Part shown: positions 28,878 to 39,897 of the stretch, one piece after another
Layout: each line of letters starts with the position of its first letter
Position numbering within the stretch: position 1 is the first letter of the stretch
Source of the DNA: an uncultured delta proteobacterium
GTDB lineage: Bacteria > Desulfobacterota > BSN033 > UBA1163
DNA: 64,000 nucleotides
Direction of reading: 5' to 3'
NCBI GenBank assembly: GCA_963708295.1
Contig: CAVPSJ010000007.1
Span: 128,001 to 192,000 of the forward strand
Made by a program: the position numbers and the translations under genes
Notes under the pieces: generated by a model
Database searches by the model: none
The model's input: only the letters and a program-made list of their open reading frames with translations
Told to the model about the DNA's origin: nothing

Positions 28878-29291
28878 ATGAGAATAATGGGTTTAGACGT
28901 CGGGTCCCGCACCATTGGAATAGCGATCAGTGACGAGCTGGGGTTGACAGCTCAGGGCCTCAAAACCCTTAAGAGAAAATCGAAAGAAGACGATCTACGA
29001 GAGATCACCACCATCATTGGCCAATTTGAAATTAGCAAGATTGTCGTTGGACTTCCCAAGAACATGAACGGAACTCTTGGGGGACAGGCAGAGAACGTGC
29101 TCGGGTGGGTTGATGTCCTAAAGGATCAGACCCAACTCCCGGTGGTAACCTGGGATGAACGGCTTTCAACGGTTGGAGCCAATAGGGTTCTATTGGAGGC
29201 AGATCTTTCCAGAAGAAAGAGGAAGAAGGTGATTGACAAGCTGGCAGCCGTCTTTATTCTTCAGGGGTTCCTGGACGGAAACAGATCATGA
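28878..29291 (+). CDS. ruvX: RuvX/YqgF pre-16S rRNA nuclease (Holliday junction resolvase-like)
   Basis: [28 protein letters not shown] and [11 protein letters not shown]. Confidence 0.93.
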   Translation: MRIMGLDVGSRTIGIAISDELGLTAQGLKTLKRKSKEDDLREITTIIGQFEISKIVVGLPKNMNGTLGGQAENVLGWVDVLKDQTQLPVVTWDERLSTVGANRVLLEADLSRRKRKKVIDKLAAVFILQGFLDGNRS

Positions 29292-30322
29292 AATCCTCTC
29301 TCAGGAGCAAGCTCTTCCTCTTCTCGCTGGGAATTGTCTTTCTTATTTCTGCTTCCCTTCTTTCCTGGTTTCTCTTCATCCCCTTCTCCGAGACGGAATC
29401 TACGAAGATCGTCTTCATAAAAAAAGGGACTCCTCTCAGAAGGGTTTCACAGCTCCTCGAAGAAGAGCGAATTATCAGGAATAAACGTCTTTTCGTTTTC
29501 CTCGCTACAATTCTGGGGAAAAAGACGAAGATCAAAGCAGGAGAATACGAATTCCGTACCCCAATCCTTCCTCTCGATGTGTTGTCTGCTCTTGCCAAGG
29601 GACAGGTCAAACGTCATCTGGCGACCATTCCTGAGGGATTCACCGTGACCCAAATCGCTCAATTGTTGGAAAATTTGAATCTCGTGGAGAAGAAGGGGTT
29701 CCTTCAAAAGACCTCCTCTCCGGCTTTCATCGATGCTCTCGGCCTTTCTCAATTAGCGGGACCCACTTTGGAAGGCTACCTCTTCCCTGACACCTACCAC
29801 CTGTTCAGGGAAATGGATCCGGATGAAGTCATTCAAATCATGGTCCATCGATTCAGGAAGATCTTCGGCCCCGAGTTTGCTGGTTGGGCGTCTGAATTGG
29901 GAATCCCCCAAAGGGACGTCGTTATACTAGCCTCCATCATCGAAAAAGAGACGTCCCTCCCCGAAGAGAAGCCTCTGATCTCTGCCGTGTTTCACAATCG
30001 TCTCAGAAAGAAGATCCCTCTCCAAAGTGATCCCACCGTGATCTATGGAATAAGAAATTTTAACGGAAATCTAACCAAACAAGACTTGATGAGACCCACT
30101 CCTTATAACACCTATCTCCTTCCTGGACTTCCCCCCACCCCTATCTGTAATCCTGGGAGAGACTCCCTCTCCGCCGCTGTCCACCCTGCTCCCGTCTCGT
30201 ACCTTTATTTCGTTTCTAAGAACGACGGGTCTCACTATTTTTCTTCTAACATCGAAGAACACAATCGAGCCGTGTGGAAATACCAGAAATATCCCAGAAA
30301 AAATAACTTGACAAAAAAGTGA
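29288..30322 (+). CDS. mltG: Endolytic transglycosylase MltG
   Basis: N-terminal TM; [34 protein letters not shown]...[11 protein letters not shown] and YLYFV. Confidence 0.95.
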   Translation: MKSSLRSKLFLFSLGIVFLISASLLSWFLFIPFSETESTKIVFIKKGTPLRRVSQLLEEERIIRNKRLFVFLATILGKKTKIKAGEYEFRTPILPLDVLSALAKGQVKRHLATIPEGFTVTQIAQLLENLNLVEKKGFLQKTSSPAFIDALGLSQLAGPTLEGYLFPDTYHLFREMDPDEVIQIMVHRFRKIFGPEFAGWASELGIPQRDVVILASIIEKETSLPEEKPLISAVFHNRLRKKIPLQSDPTVIYGIRNFNGNLTKQDLMRPTPYNTYLLPGLPPTPICNPGRDSLSAAVHPAPVSYLYFVSKNDGSHYFSSNIEEHNRAVWKYQKYPRKNNLTKK

Positions 30323-30434
30323 ACTCTCATTTATCTTTAGCCTTCATTTGTCGTATGAGTGAGGCATTTTCTCATCTTTCCCCTCCTCTTTCCTTGGGAG
30401 AGGAGAGGAAGTAAGGTGAAAAGGGAGGTTTATC

Positions 30435-31616
30435 ATGAAAGACGTGGCGGTGATCGGAGTGGGTCAGAGCAGCTTCGTCAGAGGTTATGAGGGGTCGATC
30501 CGGGAACTGGCCTTCGAGGCCTTCAGGGAAGCCATGCAAGATGCGGGCATCACACACAAAGATGTGGATGCTTCCGTTTTCTGCTCGGCTCCCGAGTATG
30601 ATAAGCAGCGCTCGCCTGCAGGCGTGCTGGCAGAATACCTGGGCCTGATTCCACAGCCGACGTTTTACGTCGAGACCGTTTGTTCTTCGAGCAGCACCGG
30701 CGTCAAAGTAGCCTACAGCATGATTAAGTCCGGCCTCCACGACGTTGTCGTTGTCCTCGGGTTCCAGAAGATGTCTGAGATCACATCTGCGGAATCCCAG
30801 GAGAGAATGGGCAGGGGCGCCGACATCCAGTGGGAGGCACCCTTCGGAACCATGATGCCCGCGTATTACGCTCTTTATGCACAGGCCTATATGGCGAGGC
30901 ATGGTCTGACCCACGATGACTTGATGGGTGTCAGGCTCAAATCATCTACCTATGGCGTGATCAATGAGAGAGCGGTCTACAGAAAGCCCGTTAAGCCCGG
31001 AGATTTTAAACAGGGTGACCCGGAAGCGAAACTGGCAGGCCCCGTCGCTTGGCCGCTTCGGGTGGGTGACTGCTGCGCGAACGCAGATGGAAGCTCCTGT
31101 ATCATCCTTGCAAATGCCCAAAAAGCGAAGGCCCTGTCGAAGAAACCGATCTGGATCGTCGGCATCGGTGCGGCCTCGGAGGCAGTCAACATGGCCGCGA
31201 GACCCGATTTTGCCAAAGGCTTAAGCGTCGGCTATGCGGCCGCCGCCCAAGCGTATAAGATGGCCGGAATCACCGCGAAAGACGTCAAGGTGGCCGAAGT
31301 GCACGACTGCTTTACCATCGCAGAAATCATGGCGTATGAGGGGCTTGGATTCGCCCCGATGGGTGAGGGAAAACAACTTATCCGTGAAAAGGCGACGTAC
31401 AAGGAAGGGAGAATTCCCGTCAACGCCGATGGCGGGCTACTTTCGAAAGGCCATCCTATCGGTGCAACGGGCGGGTCCCAGATCCGCACCATCGTTCTGC
31501 AACTTCGCGGTGAGGCGGGCCCCATGCAGGTTGCCGGCACGCCGGACATCGGCCTTGTCCACAATATCGGCGGCGTCGGACTTTACGGTAATGTGACCAT
31601 CTTTCGCAGAGATTGA
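30435..31616 (+). CDS. SCP2-type thiolase / acetyl-CoA acetyltransferase
   Basis: ETVCSSSS, EVHDCFTIAE, KGHPIGATG and HNIGG; followed by a DUF35 partner. Confidence 0.88.
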   Translation: MKDVAVIGVGQSSFVRGYEGSIRELAFEAFREAMQDAGITHKDVDASVFCSAPEYDKQRSPAGVLAEYLGLIPQPTFYVETVCSSSSTGVKVAYSMIKSGLHDVVVVLGFQKMSEITSAESQERMGRGADIQWEAPFGTMMPAYYALYAQAYMARHGLTHDDLMGVRLKSSTYGVINERAVYRKPVKPGDFKQGDPEAKLAGPVAWPLRVGDCCANADGSSCIILANAQKAKALSKKPIWIVGIGAASEAVNMAARPDFAKGLSVGYAAAAQAYKMAGITAKDVKVAEVHDCFTIAEIMAYEGLGFAPMGEGKQLIREKATYKEGRIPVNADGGLLSKGHPIGATGGSQIRTIVLQLRGEAGPMQVAGTPDIGLVHNIGGVGLYGNVTIFRRD

Positions 31617-31778
31617 GAAAATCAATGCACAATGATCACTTGGCAATTATCAATGATCAGTGAAATACAAAGACCTCGGAAGGAAGAGCGTGGGGAGTTC
31701 CCCGGCTTCTTTTATTGATGATGGCTCATGGGTCATTGCCCATGGGTCATTGACCATTGCCTATTTTGCATTGATCAC
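31617..31778. repeat. Inverted array of degenerate heptamer repeats
   Basis: Left units ATCAATG/CACAATG/GGCAATT/ATCAATG; right units CATTGAC/CATTGCC/CATTGAT are their reverse complements. Confidence 0.6.
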
Positions 31779-31795
31779 TTCATAGGAGGTGAAGC

Positions 31796-32209
31796 ATGGG
31801 TTTCGAGAAATTCGGGAGAAAGAGCTTTACGGCAGTGACAAAGACGGCGAAATTTGTTGACTTTCTGGCGGAAGGGAAGGTCGAAGGGACGGTTTGTAAG
31901 GATTGCGGAGTAAAGTTTTTTCCTCCGAGAGCCGATTGCGCAAAATGTTTCTCAAAGAACCTCGACTGGTTTGAAATGCCCAAGAAAGGCAAGCTTGAGA
32001 CCTTCACCACCGCCCATTATGCACCGTTTGGGTTCGAGGCGGACCCTCCCTATGCAATGGGCGTTGTGGACTTTGGCGGTGGCCTGAAGCTGTTCGCCCG
32101 GATGGCAAAGGATATGAAGCCTGAGGATCTAAAGGTGGGCGTGGACGTAACCGTCAGGCCTCTCAAATACGATGACGGTCAAATTTCCTTCGAGATTACA
32201 AAAGCCTGA
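31796..32209 (+). CDS. Zn-ribbon/OB-fold protein (DUF35), thiolase partner
   Basis: CKDC...FPPRADCAKC, GKLETFT and PPYAMGVV. Confidence 0.9.
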   Translation: MGFEKFGRKSFTAVTKTAKFVDFLAEGKVEGTVCKDCGVKFFPPRADCAKCFSKNLDWFEMPKKGKLETFTTAHYAPFGFEADPPYAMGVVDFGGGLKLFARMAKDMKPEDLKVGVDVTVRPLKYDDGQISFEITKA

Positions 32210-32226
32210 TCCGTGAAATCCGTAAG

Positions 32227-32262
32227 GAGACACTCCTGACACCCGGGTGTCAGGAGTGTCTC
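32227..32262. terminator. Perfect 36-bp palindrome between convergent genes, probable terminator
   Basis: GAGACACTCCTGACACCC|GGGTGTCAGGAGTGTCTC followed by TTTCATTTT. Confidence 0.65.
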
Positions 32263-32292
32263 TTTCATTTTCTCACTCCGTTGCAGGTCCGA

Positions 32293-33093
32293 TTACCGAT
32301 ACATCTCCTTAGCAGCCAGATTCTCTGGAACGGCCTCGTCCGTTGATAAATCAACAATCCATGTCCTGATTAAGGGAGGACCTCCTCCTTCACTTCCATA
32401 TTGTGTCACTCGGTATTTATTCCTTCCAATTCCCTTTGCTTCATATCTCCATTTCAGATTTGGGAAAGCTCGCTCCTTTTCTTCTACCATCCTCATCTCG
32501 ACAGACCTTTTTCTACCTGTCGCCGAATCAGGCAGGGTGGGATGGTTCTTCACCAATTCTACAGCCTGAGAAGCGAGCGCCTTCGACCGACTCACACTTC
32601 TTTTGGAGGGGCTTGTTTTTCCAGCAAGGGATAGGAGACTCCCTTTCTTAATCTCTATTTCCAAATTATTTCCATCTGCCCCTAAATAGCCGGTTTCCCC
32701 TGAATCAAATTTTACCCGGTAGAAATTCATCGTCCCTGAACGATTTTGTACTATATCTTGAATGACCAAGACCTCTTTCTCTCTCTTGATGCCTAATTTT
32801 CTCTCTGAATCATCCGGAGACTCATAGAACGTTGGAGGATTGAGGGTGGGTACGGTCAAGAATCGCCTGCCGATGTTCCGTTTCAATTTTGCAAGTTTCT
32901 CTCTTTCATACTCCTCAATGGCCGGAATCGGGCCGCGATTTGAATCTTCCATATTGGAAGGCGGTTCCTCATTTTTCGCCAGCAGAGGCCGAGAATCGTC
33001 AAAAAAATGGCGACCGAGGCACGGGTCAGTTTGAACGAAGGAGAAATAAGACAATACAGAAAATACGACTGAAATAAGAAGGCGGACTTTCAT
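32293..33093 (-). CDS. Hypothetical exported protein
   Basis: Long ORF with RBS GGAGG and hydrophobic N-terminus MKVRLLISVVFSVLSYFSF; no recognised family motif. Confidence 0.65.
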   Translation of the reverse strand: MKVRLLISVVFSVLSYFSFVQTDPCLGRHFFDDSRPLLAKNEEPPSNMEDSNRGPIPAIEEYEREKLAKLKRNIGRRFLTVPTLNPPTFYESPDDSERKLGIKREKEVLVIQDIVQNRSGTMNFYRVKFDSGETGYLGADGNNLEIEIKKGSLLSLAGKTSPSKRSVSRSKALASQAVELVKNHPTLPDSATGRKRSVEMRMVEEKERAFPNLKWRYEAKGIGRNKYRVTQYGSEGGGPPLIRTWIVDLSTDEAVPENLAAKEMYR

Positions 33094-33121
33094 GGGGCAA
33101 TCCTCCTGTTTAATCCTCGCA

Positions 33122-33233
33122 TGCAATTACGATGCCCCCCTCTGAAACCCATAACTCATTGAAATTCCTAAATCCGTCAGCGAGTATATTTGAGGAGTCT
33201 GATCGGAAACATACCTTTTGTCCAATTTTGTCA
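33122..33233 (-). promoter_or_regulatory. Putative sigma54 promoter with IHF-like site and candidate activator site
   Basis: Minus strand GGGCATCGTAATTGCA (GG-N10-GC, 33137-33122), TTTCAATGAGTTA (33164-33152) and TGACAAAATTGGACA (33233-33219). Confidence 0.55.
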
Positions 33234-33372
33234 AAATCATAATCTATTGCGGGCAACACACAAAACCCGATCGAATAAAGAAAAGAATATTTATGAAAGC
33301 AAATTATTTCTTCCATCCACAAACGGTTACTTGCGACTCTGTTCAAGAATTGATAATTATGAAGATCGACCC

Positions 33373-35043
33373 CTATCTTGAGCGGTCGGAGTCCTTTATG
33401 GAGGGATTCTTGCGGGGGATCATCGCCTGCCAATGATGGGTATTTACTACACATTCCCAAGACGGGTCCGAAAAATTACCGGATGTGATCAATACCCCAT
33501 TTGCCTGTTGAGCCCAATTTAAAGCATGGCCTTTATCGTAAAAAACCTGATACGGTTGATCTAAGTAAAAGATGATCTTCGCTTCCTCAATATTTAGAAA
33601 GGCATATGGCCTCCCCAAGGTACTGACTTCGGCAGCCTGTGTTTTCAGATTCGGTCCTTCTTGGATCAAAGGCACTAGACCTACCACGTAAATGAGCCAG
33701 ACTGCGAACACAGCTCCGACCATCCCCCAAACGTACTTCCTGATAGTGCTTGCAATCATGACCGCACCAAGCAGTCCGAGCAACACAGACACATACCCAA
33801 GAATTCCTGTCCCTACTGTAAGAGTCCGGGGGAATAAAAGGGTGACGCCAAAGAGACCGATCATCGCAAGCCCCAGCAAAACCCCGACCACTTTCACCGC
33901 GCTCTGAATACCCCACGCCATCTCACCAGCGGCAAATCCTCTGAGCATATTTGCCACCAAAATGGCGGCGAAAGGCTGGATGGGCAGCAAATAATAAGGG
34001 CGCCTTGATCCTGAGAGAGTAAAAAAGATAAATATGGCACCGAAAAGAATGAGGGCCTCTGGAATTTGAGATACAGGGCGACGGACCCCTCGCCAGGAGT
34101 GACCGATGGCAAACGGCAATAGGAATGACCAGGGTGCGGCTAAATAGAATATTTTGACAAAGTATGTATAGAAGGGACTTCTATGATCGTATTGCCCGAA
34201 GAACCTCAATACATTCTCGCGCCAAACCATTTGTAAAGGCTCCCATGTGGCCCCATGAATACTGGCTATGGTCGGCACAGCAAGGAATACGGCGAAGGAA
34301 AGCAAACCGGCTGCAGCCAAAACTTTGATAGGGGGCACCCATGACCCGTCCCATTTTATGACGGATAGAAGCAGAATGGAGAAAATGGGCACGGCGTAGA
34401 GGGTCAGCCCTTTCATATTGGCGCCCAGCGCCATGATGATTCCTAAGATATAAACCCATGTGTGCCTATTGTCGGATTTGTGCTTGATAAAATACCATAG
34501 ACAGAGCAGAATCATGGCGGCATTGGTCATTTCCACCTGGGCATTGCGCCCCCAAAATACAAAACTATAAGATGTGGCTAACGTCCCAACAGACATGAGA
34601 GCTGTTTGTTCGTCATACCATCTTTTGGCCAGGTTATGGGTAAGAAGAAGCATGACCACTGACCAGATAACGGATGGAAATCTGGTCGCGAACTCGCTGA
34701 CCCCCCCGTTGATATAGGCGAATGGCAAGATCTGCCAGTAGGATAACAAAGGTTTGTCCCAGTAGGAATGAATGCCCAACGTCGGGAGGAAAAGATCACC
34801 CGATCGTAGCATGGATCGAGCTACGACGGCCCATCTTCCCTCTGAACCCCATAGTGATGGTAAACCTAAATTCGCGGATAGGATGAACAGAGAGAATCCC
34901 AAAAGAAGACAGAGAAAGAATTTCGTGCTCATGAATCCCCGAAGAACAGCTATCCCCTTCGACTGCCATTTGAAATATTTCTCATCTTGTTCTTTGAGCT
35001 GGGCCATCTCAGCGTAGCTTGGGATGCGGTGATGGATCTCCAT
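33373..35043 (-). CDS. ArnT-family (GT-C) glycosyltransferase
   Basis: LWGSEGRWAVVARSM, YWDKPLLSYW, RFPS and KG; many TM helices; next to the arn genes. Confidence 0.85.
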   Translation of the reverse strand: MEIHHRIPSYAEMAQLKEQDEKYFKWQSKGIAVLRGFMSTKFFLCLLLGFSLFILSANLGLPSLWGSEGRWAVVARSMLRSGDLFLPTLGIHSYWDKPLLSYWQILPFAYINGGVSEFATRFPSVIWSVVMLLLTHNLAKRWYDEQTALMSVGTLATSYSFVFWGRNAQVEMTNAAMILLCLWYFIKHKSDNRHTWVYILGIIMALGANMKGLTLYAVPIFSILLLSVIKWDGSWVPPIKVLAAAGLLSFAVFLAVPTIASIHGATWEPLQMVWRENVLRFFGQYDHRSPFYTYFVKIFYLAAPWSFLLPFAIGHSWRGVRRPVSQIPEALILFGAIFIFFTLSGSRRPYYLLPIQPFAAILVANMLRGFAAGEMAWGIQSAVKVVGVLLGLAMIGLFGVTLLFPRTLTVGTGILGYVSVLLGLLGAVMIASTIRKYVWGMVGAVFAVWLIYVVGLVPLIQEGPNLKTQAAEVSTLGRPYAFLNIEEAKIIFYLDQPYQVFYDKGHALNWAQQANGVLITSGNFSDPSWECVVNTHHWQAMIPRKNPSIKDSDRSR

Positions 35044-35201
35044 TCACAGAGGTTTTGCTGAGAAGACTTCAATCCCAATTTGGTCTTCCCTGGTGTGCAT
35101 TGCACTTTTTAAATTATAACTTTAGGGGAAGATGGGGTGTTTGTCAATAAGAGAGGCCATCTCCCAACTGAGAATTAAGTATCTGAAATTTCAAAAAGGT
35201 C

Positions 35202-35564
35202 CTAGGCTAAGGAAGAAAACAAAAATCCGAGGCAGATCAGGGCAAGTCCGAAATATCGTATCGTGGGGATGGGTTCAAGGAAGAAAAATCGGGCCGAGAG
35301 CATGACCAGAATAAATATAAGGGCAGTAAAGGGGTAGACAAAACTCAAGCTCGTCTTCGACAGGGCAATGAGCCAAAGAATGGTACTGAGGACGTACAGA
35401 ACCAGTCCTGATAAAACGAAGGGATTCAATATCAGTTTAAGCAGTTCACCGATCAGAGACCCTCTTAAAGTTATCTCTCCGGTCAAAAAAACGCCTTTCT
35501 TAAAGAATATTTGGCCTAAAGTGGCAGAGCAGACGGATATGAGAAGCAACCATGCCGGTTTCAT
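35202..35564 (-). CDS. SMR/EamA-type small membrane protein (ArnE/ArnF-like flippase)
   Basis: 120 aa, 4 TM; GQIFFKKG, LWLIALSKTSLSFVYP and FFLEP. Confidence 0.8.
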   Translation of the reverse strand: MKPAWLLLISVCSATLGQIFFKKGVFLTGEITLRGSLIGELLKLILNPFVLSGLVLYVLSTILWLIALSKTSLSFVYPFTALIFILVMLSARFFFLEPIPTIRYFGLALICLGFLFSSLA

Positions 35565-35694
35565 TGATTTCTCCTTTTCTTGAACCGCTGACGACAGCTC
35601 GTGGAGCCGATTCTCGACCTGATTATTAACTCACTTCCCCCTGGATCGTCAAGCACATCGCCACCTGCCGAAGGGGAAATTTAGACGGCTGCAT

Positions 35695-35723
35695 TTGACA
35701 TGCGATCCCTCATATTCTATACT
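35695..35723 (+). promoter_or_regulatory. Putative sigma70 promoter of the arn operon
   Basis: TTGACA-N17-TATACT. Confidence 0.6.
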
Positions 35724-35853
35724 CTTTCGAAAAGAAAGGGAAATTTTAGTTTTCTCGGAGAGTTATTTGTTTGGGAGGGGCAATTTCCGCAAGTATTGAA
35801 CAATCTATTCTCCATACAACAGCAATGCATCCGATAATGGAGGATTTCCCACT

Positions 35854-37006
35854 GTGAAGGTAAGAAAAGAGTTTTTGCCTCTGAGTCGGCCATCGATCGG
35901 CGAAAAGGAAATAGAAGGGGTCGTATCCTGTTTGAAGTCCGGGTGGATCACGACAGGACCCCTCTGCAAGTCCTTTGAAGAGAAGTTCTGTGAACTCACG
36001 GGTGCTTCGCATGCGCTTTCCCTCTCATCCGGCACGGCAGGCATGCATCTCATGATGCTGGCCCTGGGCATTAAACCAGGGGATGAAATTATTACTCCGT
36101 CGATGACCTTTGCTTCTACGTTGAATATGATCTCCCTTGCCGGGGCAAAACCTGTTTTTGTCGACATTCATTATGATACCTTGAATATGAACGCCGATCT
36201 TGTTGAGGAGAAAATTACTAAGAATACAAAAGGAATCATCCCCGTCCATTTCGCAGGAGCCCCGGCCGACATGGATAGGATACTGGGCATTGCGAAGAAG
36301 CATCATCTCTTCGTGATCGAAGATGCGGCCCATAGCCTTGGCAGTTATTATAAAGGCATTCATGTGGGAGGGTGGGGTCAGGTGGCAATCTTTTCCTTCC
36401 ATCCGATTAAAAACATCACCACCGGCGAAGGCGGCATGATTACCCATAGTGACGACCGGCTCGAAAGTCGATTAAGGCTTCTCAGATTTCACGGAATTGA
36501 AAGAGATGCTTGGAAGAGGTACGGCAAGGGAGGGAATCCGGACTATGACATTAAGGAACCCGGGTTCAAATACAACCTGACGGATATCCAGGCCGCACTG
36601 GGTCTGGCTCAGCTGTCCAGGCTGGAGGAGCTTAATCAGCCGCAGGAGGATACTGGCTCATCTTTACACGGAAGGATTAGACGGGGTCGAAGGGCTTGGA
36701 TCTCCCGGGTGTCCCCGCCTATCCGCACATTCATGCGTGGCACCTCTTTGTCATCAAAGTGATTTCTATGGATCGAGAACGATTTATGCAGAGATTATCC
36801 GATTACCAGATCGGATATGGAATCCATTTCCCAGCCGGGCATCGTTTAGGGTATATTCGGGAACGGTATGAGATCAAAAAGGGGAGTTGAAAGAGACGGA
36901 ACGGGCCAATGCCAATCTGTTGTCCTTGCCGTTGTTTCCTGATATGAAGGATGAGGATGTTTCATATGTGTGCGAGGCCATTCGGGAGATCTTAAAGAAT
37001 GGATAA
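35854..37006 (+). CDS. arnB: UDP-4-amino-4-deoxy-L-arabinose aminotransferase (DegT family), 2 frameshifts
   Basis: SGWITTGP, IEDAAH, FSFHPIKNITTGEGG and GFKYNLTD. Continues in other frames via HAWHLFVI and LSLPLFP to TAA 37006. Confidence 0.85.
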
Positions 37007-37935
37007 AGCAACGATGATTTCTCTGGTCATTCCGGTATACAACGAGGAAGCCAGCCTTCCCCGGCTGATGGAACGACTCAGGCCGGTGATGCAACAGATG
37101 GGGAAGAGGCACGAAATTATTTTTGTGGACGACGGGAGCCGGGATCACACTCTTCCGATCCTGAAGAGCTTCTTGAATCTACCCCGAGGTCAGGGTGGTC
37201 GAATTGACGAGGAACTACGGACAGCATGCAGCCATCTTCTCCGGGTTCTCTATCGTCCGAGGCGACATCGTCATCACCCTGGATGCCGATCTCCAGAACC
37301 CGCCCGAAGAGATTCCGAATCTGGTGAGGGTGATGGAGGAAGGAGATTACGATGTCGTGGGCACGATCCGAAAAGAACGAAAGGACTCCCTCTTCAGAAC
37401 CCTGCCCTCCCGTCTGATCAACGTGGTCGCGCGGAAGATCACGAAGGTGACCATGTCAGACTGGGGCTGTATGCTTCGAGCCTACCGGAAAAATATTGTT
37501 GACCGGATGGTGACCTGTCACGAACATTCCACCTTCATTCCGGCGCTGGCGACTTACTTTTCCAAAAAAGTGACCGAGATTGAGGTGGTTCATGAAGCCA
37601 GGCACGCCGGAGATTCCCATTACTCTATGCGGAAGCTCATCAACCTCCAGTTCGACCTGGTCTCTTCCTTCTCCGATTTTCCATTGAAGTTTATCATGTA
37701 CGCCGGTATCGGAATGGCGTTTTTCGGGGTTTCCTTTGGCGTGGTGCTAGGCATTGCCCGGGTTCTCTATGGTGCGCAATGGGCTGCCGAAGGGGTCTTC
37801 ACCCTCTTTGCAATCCTTTTTACTTTCATCGGTTTTCAGTTCTTTGCACTCGGGGTGATGGGCGAGTATATCGGCCGGATATACAGGGAAGTCAGAAAAA
37901 GGCCGGAGTACATGATTGAAAGGGTTTATCCCTAG
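36999..37935 (+). CDS. arnC: Undecaprenyl-phosphate L-Ara4FN transferase (GT2), 1 frameshift near 37176
   Basis: SLVIPVYNEE and VDDGSRD, then RNYGQHAAI, LDADLQNPPEEIP, HSTFIPALA and GEYIGRIY. Confidence 0.85.
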
Positions 37936-37936
37936 G

Positions 37937-38862
37937 ATGAAAGCGGTCGTTTTTGCCTATCATAATATAGGCATCGTTGGCCTGGAGGCCTTGGCGCGGG
38001 AAAAATTCGATATTCGGGCCATTTTCTCCCATCTCGATGACCCTGAGGAGAACATCTGGTTTGGCTCGGTGGCGGAGTGGGGAAAGAAGAACCAAATCCC
38101 GGTGTTCTGTCCTAAGAATGTCAACACTCCCGAATGGATCGACAGGATCCGCAAGATATCGCCTGAAGTTATTTTTTCATTCTACTATCGGAATCTTCTG
38201 GGCAGTGATATCTTAATGATTCCCATCCGCGGGCGCGTTTAACCTTCACGGTTCTTTGCTCCCGGCCTACCGGGGGCGGTCCCCGGTCAACTGGGTTCTT
38301 GTCAACGGAGAGCAGCGAACGGGTGTGACGTTACATTACATGCTCAAAGCGCCCGACGCAGGAGATATCGTCGGGCAGAAAGAGGTGGGCATCGAATTTG
38401 AAGATACGGCCTATACCCTTTACCAGAAGCTTTGTGGAAGAGCAAGAGACCTCCTTGAGGAAGCGCTCCCGCTGATCAAGAAAGGAAATGCCCCGCGCGT
38501 CGCACAGAACTTGAGTCAAGGGAGTTACTATGGAGGGCGGAGGCCTGAGGACGGAAAGATAGACTGGAGCTGGCCGGTCATGAGAGTTTACAATCTGATC
38601 AGGGCGGTGACAGAACCCTTCCCGGGAGCTTTCACTTACCTGCCCGGAGGTGAAAAGCTGTTCATCTGGTGGGGTCTTCCTGAAACAAGACAGCGTTTCG
38701 ATGGGCCCCGTCGGAGCTTTAGGATTTGAAAAGGATCATGTCTACGCCCGGGCGTCTGACGGAAGGCTGAGATTGTTGGATATCGGGGTGAGAAAGCAAC
38801 GGATGAAGGATCATCAAATTCTTGATTTTTTCAAAAACCAACAGGGAGTCATCTTAAAATGA
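37937..38862 (+). CDS. Stand-alone formyltransferase equivalent to the ArnA N-terminal domain, 2 frameshifts
   Basis: [18 protein letters not shown], (NLHGS)[19 protein letters not shown] and [14 protein letters not shown]. Confidence 0.82.
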
Positions 38863-39897
38863 AGATACTGATACTGGGCGTCAATGGTTTTATCGGGCAT
38901 CATTTGACCCAGCGGATCCTTGATGCCACGGATTGGAGCGTTTTCGGAATGGACCTTGCCGCCGACAGGCTGGAGAAGGTGATCCATCATCCCCGATTTC
39001 ACTTCCTCGAAGGAGATATCTCGATCAACCGGGAGTGGATCGAGTATCACGTCAAGAAATGTGATGTCATCATCCCGCTCGTTGCGATTGCCACGCCGAA
39101 GCTCTACATGACCAATCCCCTGGGTGTCTTCGAATTGGATTTCGAGATGAACCTGAACATCGTCAAACAATGCGTAAAATACGAGAAAAGGATCGTCTTT
39201 CCTTCCACCTCGGAAGTGTACGGGGCTTCCCCGGACCCTGAATTCAAAGAGGATGAAAGTTTCCTCGTCCTTGGACCCATCCATAAAGAACGGTGGATTT
39301 ATTCCTGCTGCAAGCAACTTCTCGACCGGGTGATTTACGCGTACGGCACCCGAGGTTACTTGGAGTTCACCCTGTTCAGGCCCTTCAACTGGATCGGGCC
39401 GAGGCTCGATTCTCTGGATGTTGCCAAGGAGGGAAGTTCCAGGGTGGTCACCCAGTTCATCGCGGAACTCTTAATGAAAAGACCCCTCTCCCTGGTGGAC
39501 GGCGGCGATCAAAAAAGATGCTTTACCCACGTGGACGACGGAATCGGCGCGCTGATGAAAATCCTGGAGAACAAGGATGGCTGCTGCAAAAACGAAATCA
39601 TCAACATCGGCAACCCCGAACAACGAATGTTCGATCAAAGAACTTGCCCATATCCTAAAACGGATCTTCATGGCCCATCCGAAACATAGAGACGACAAGG
39701 CTTTCTCCGAGATCGTTGAAACACCCTCGGACACCTATTACGGGAAAGGCTACCAGGACATTTACGCCCGGAAACCCAGCATCGAAAAAGCCAAGAAGCT
39801 CCTCGGATGGACTCCCAAGATCGGGCTTGAGGAATCCCTCAGAAGTACGCTCTATGCTTTCCTAGAAGAAAATGAAAAACTTGTCGGGGCCGATTAA
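38859..39897 (+). CDS. arnA: UDP-glucuronate decarboxylase equivalent to the ArnA C-terminal domain, 1 frameshift near 39615
   Basis: [53 protein letters not shown] and YYGKGYQD. Confidence 0.88.

Noticed and set aside
31617-31778. CRISPR-like array
   Set aside because: Units are 7-nt degenerate repeats without unique spacers, and no cas genes are present.
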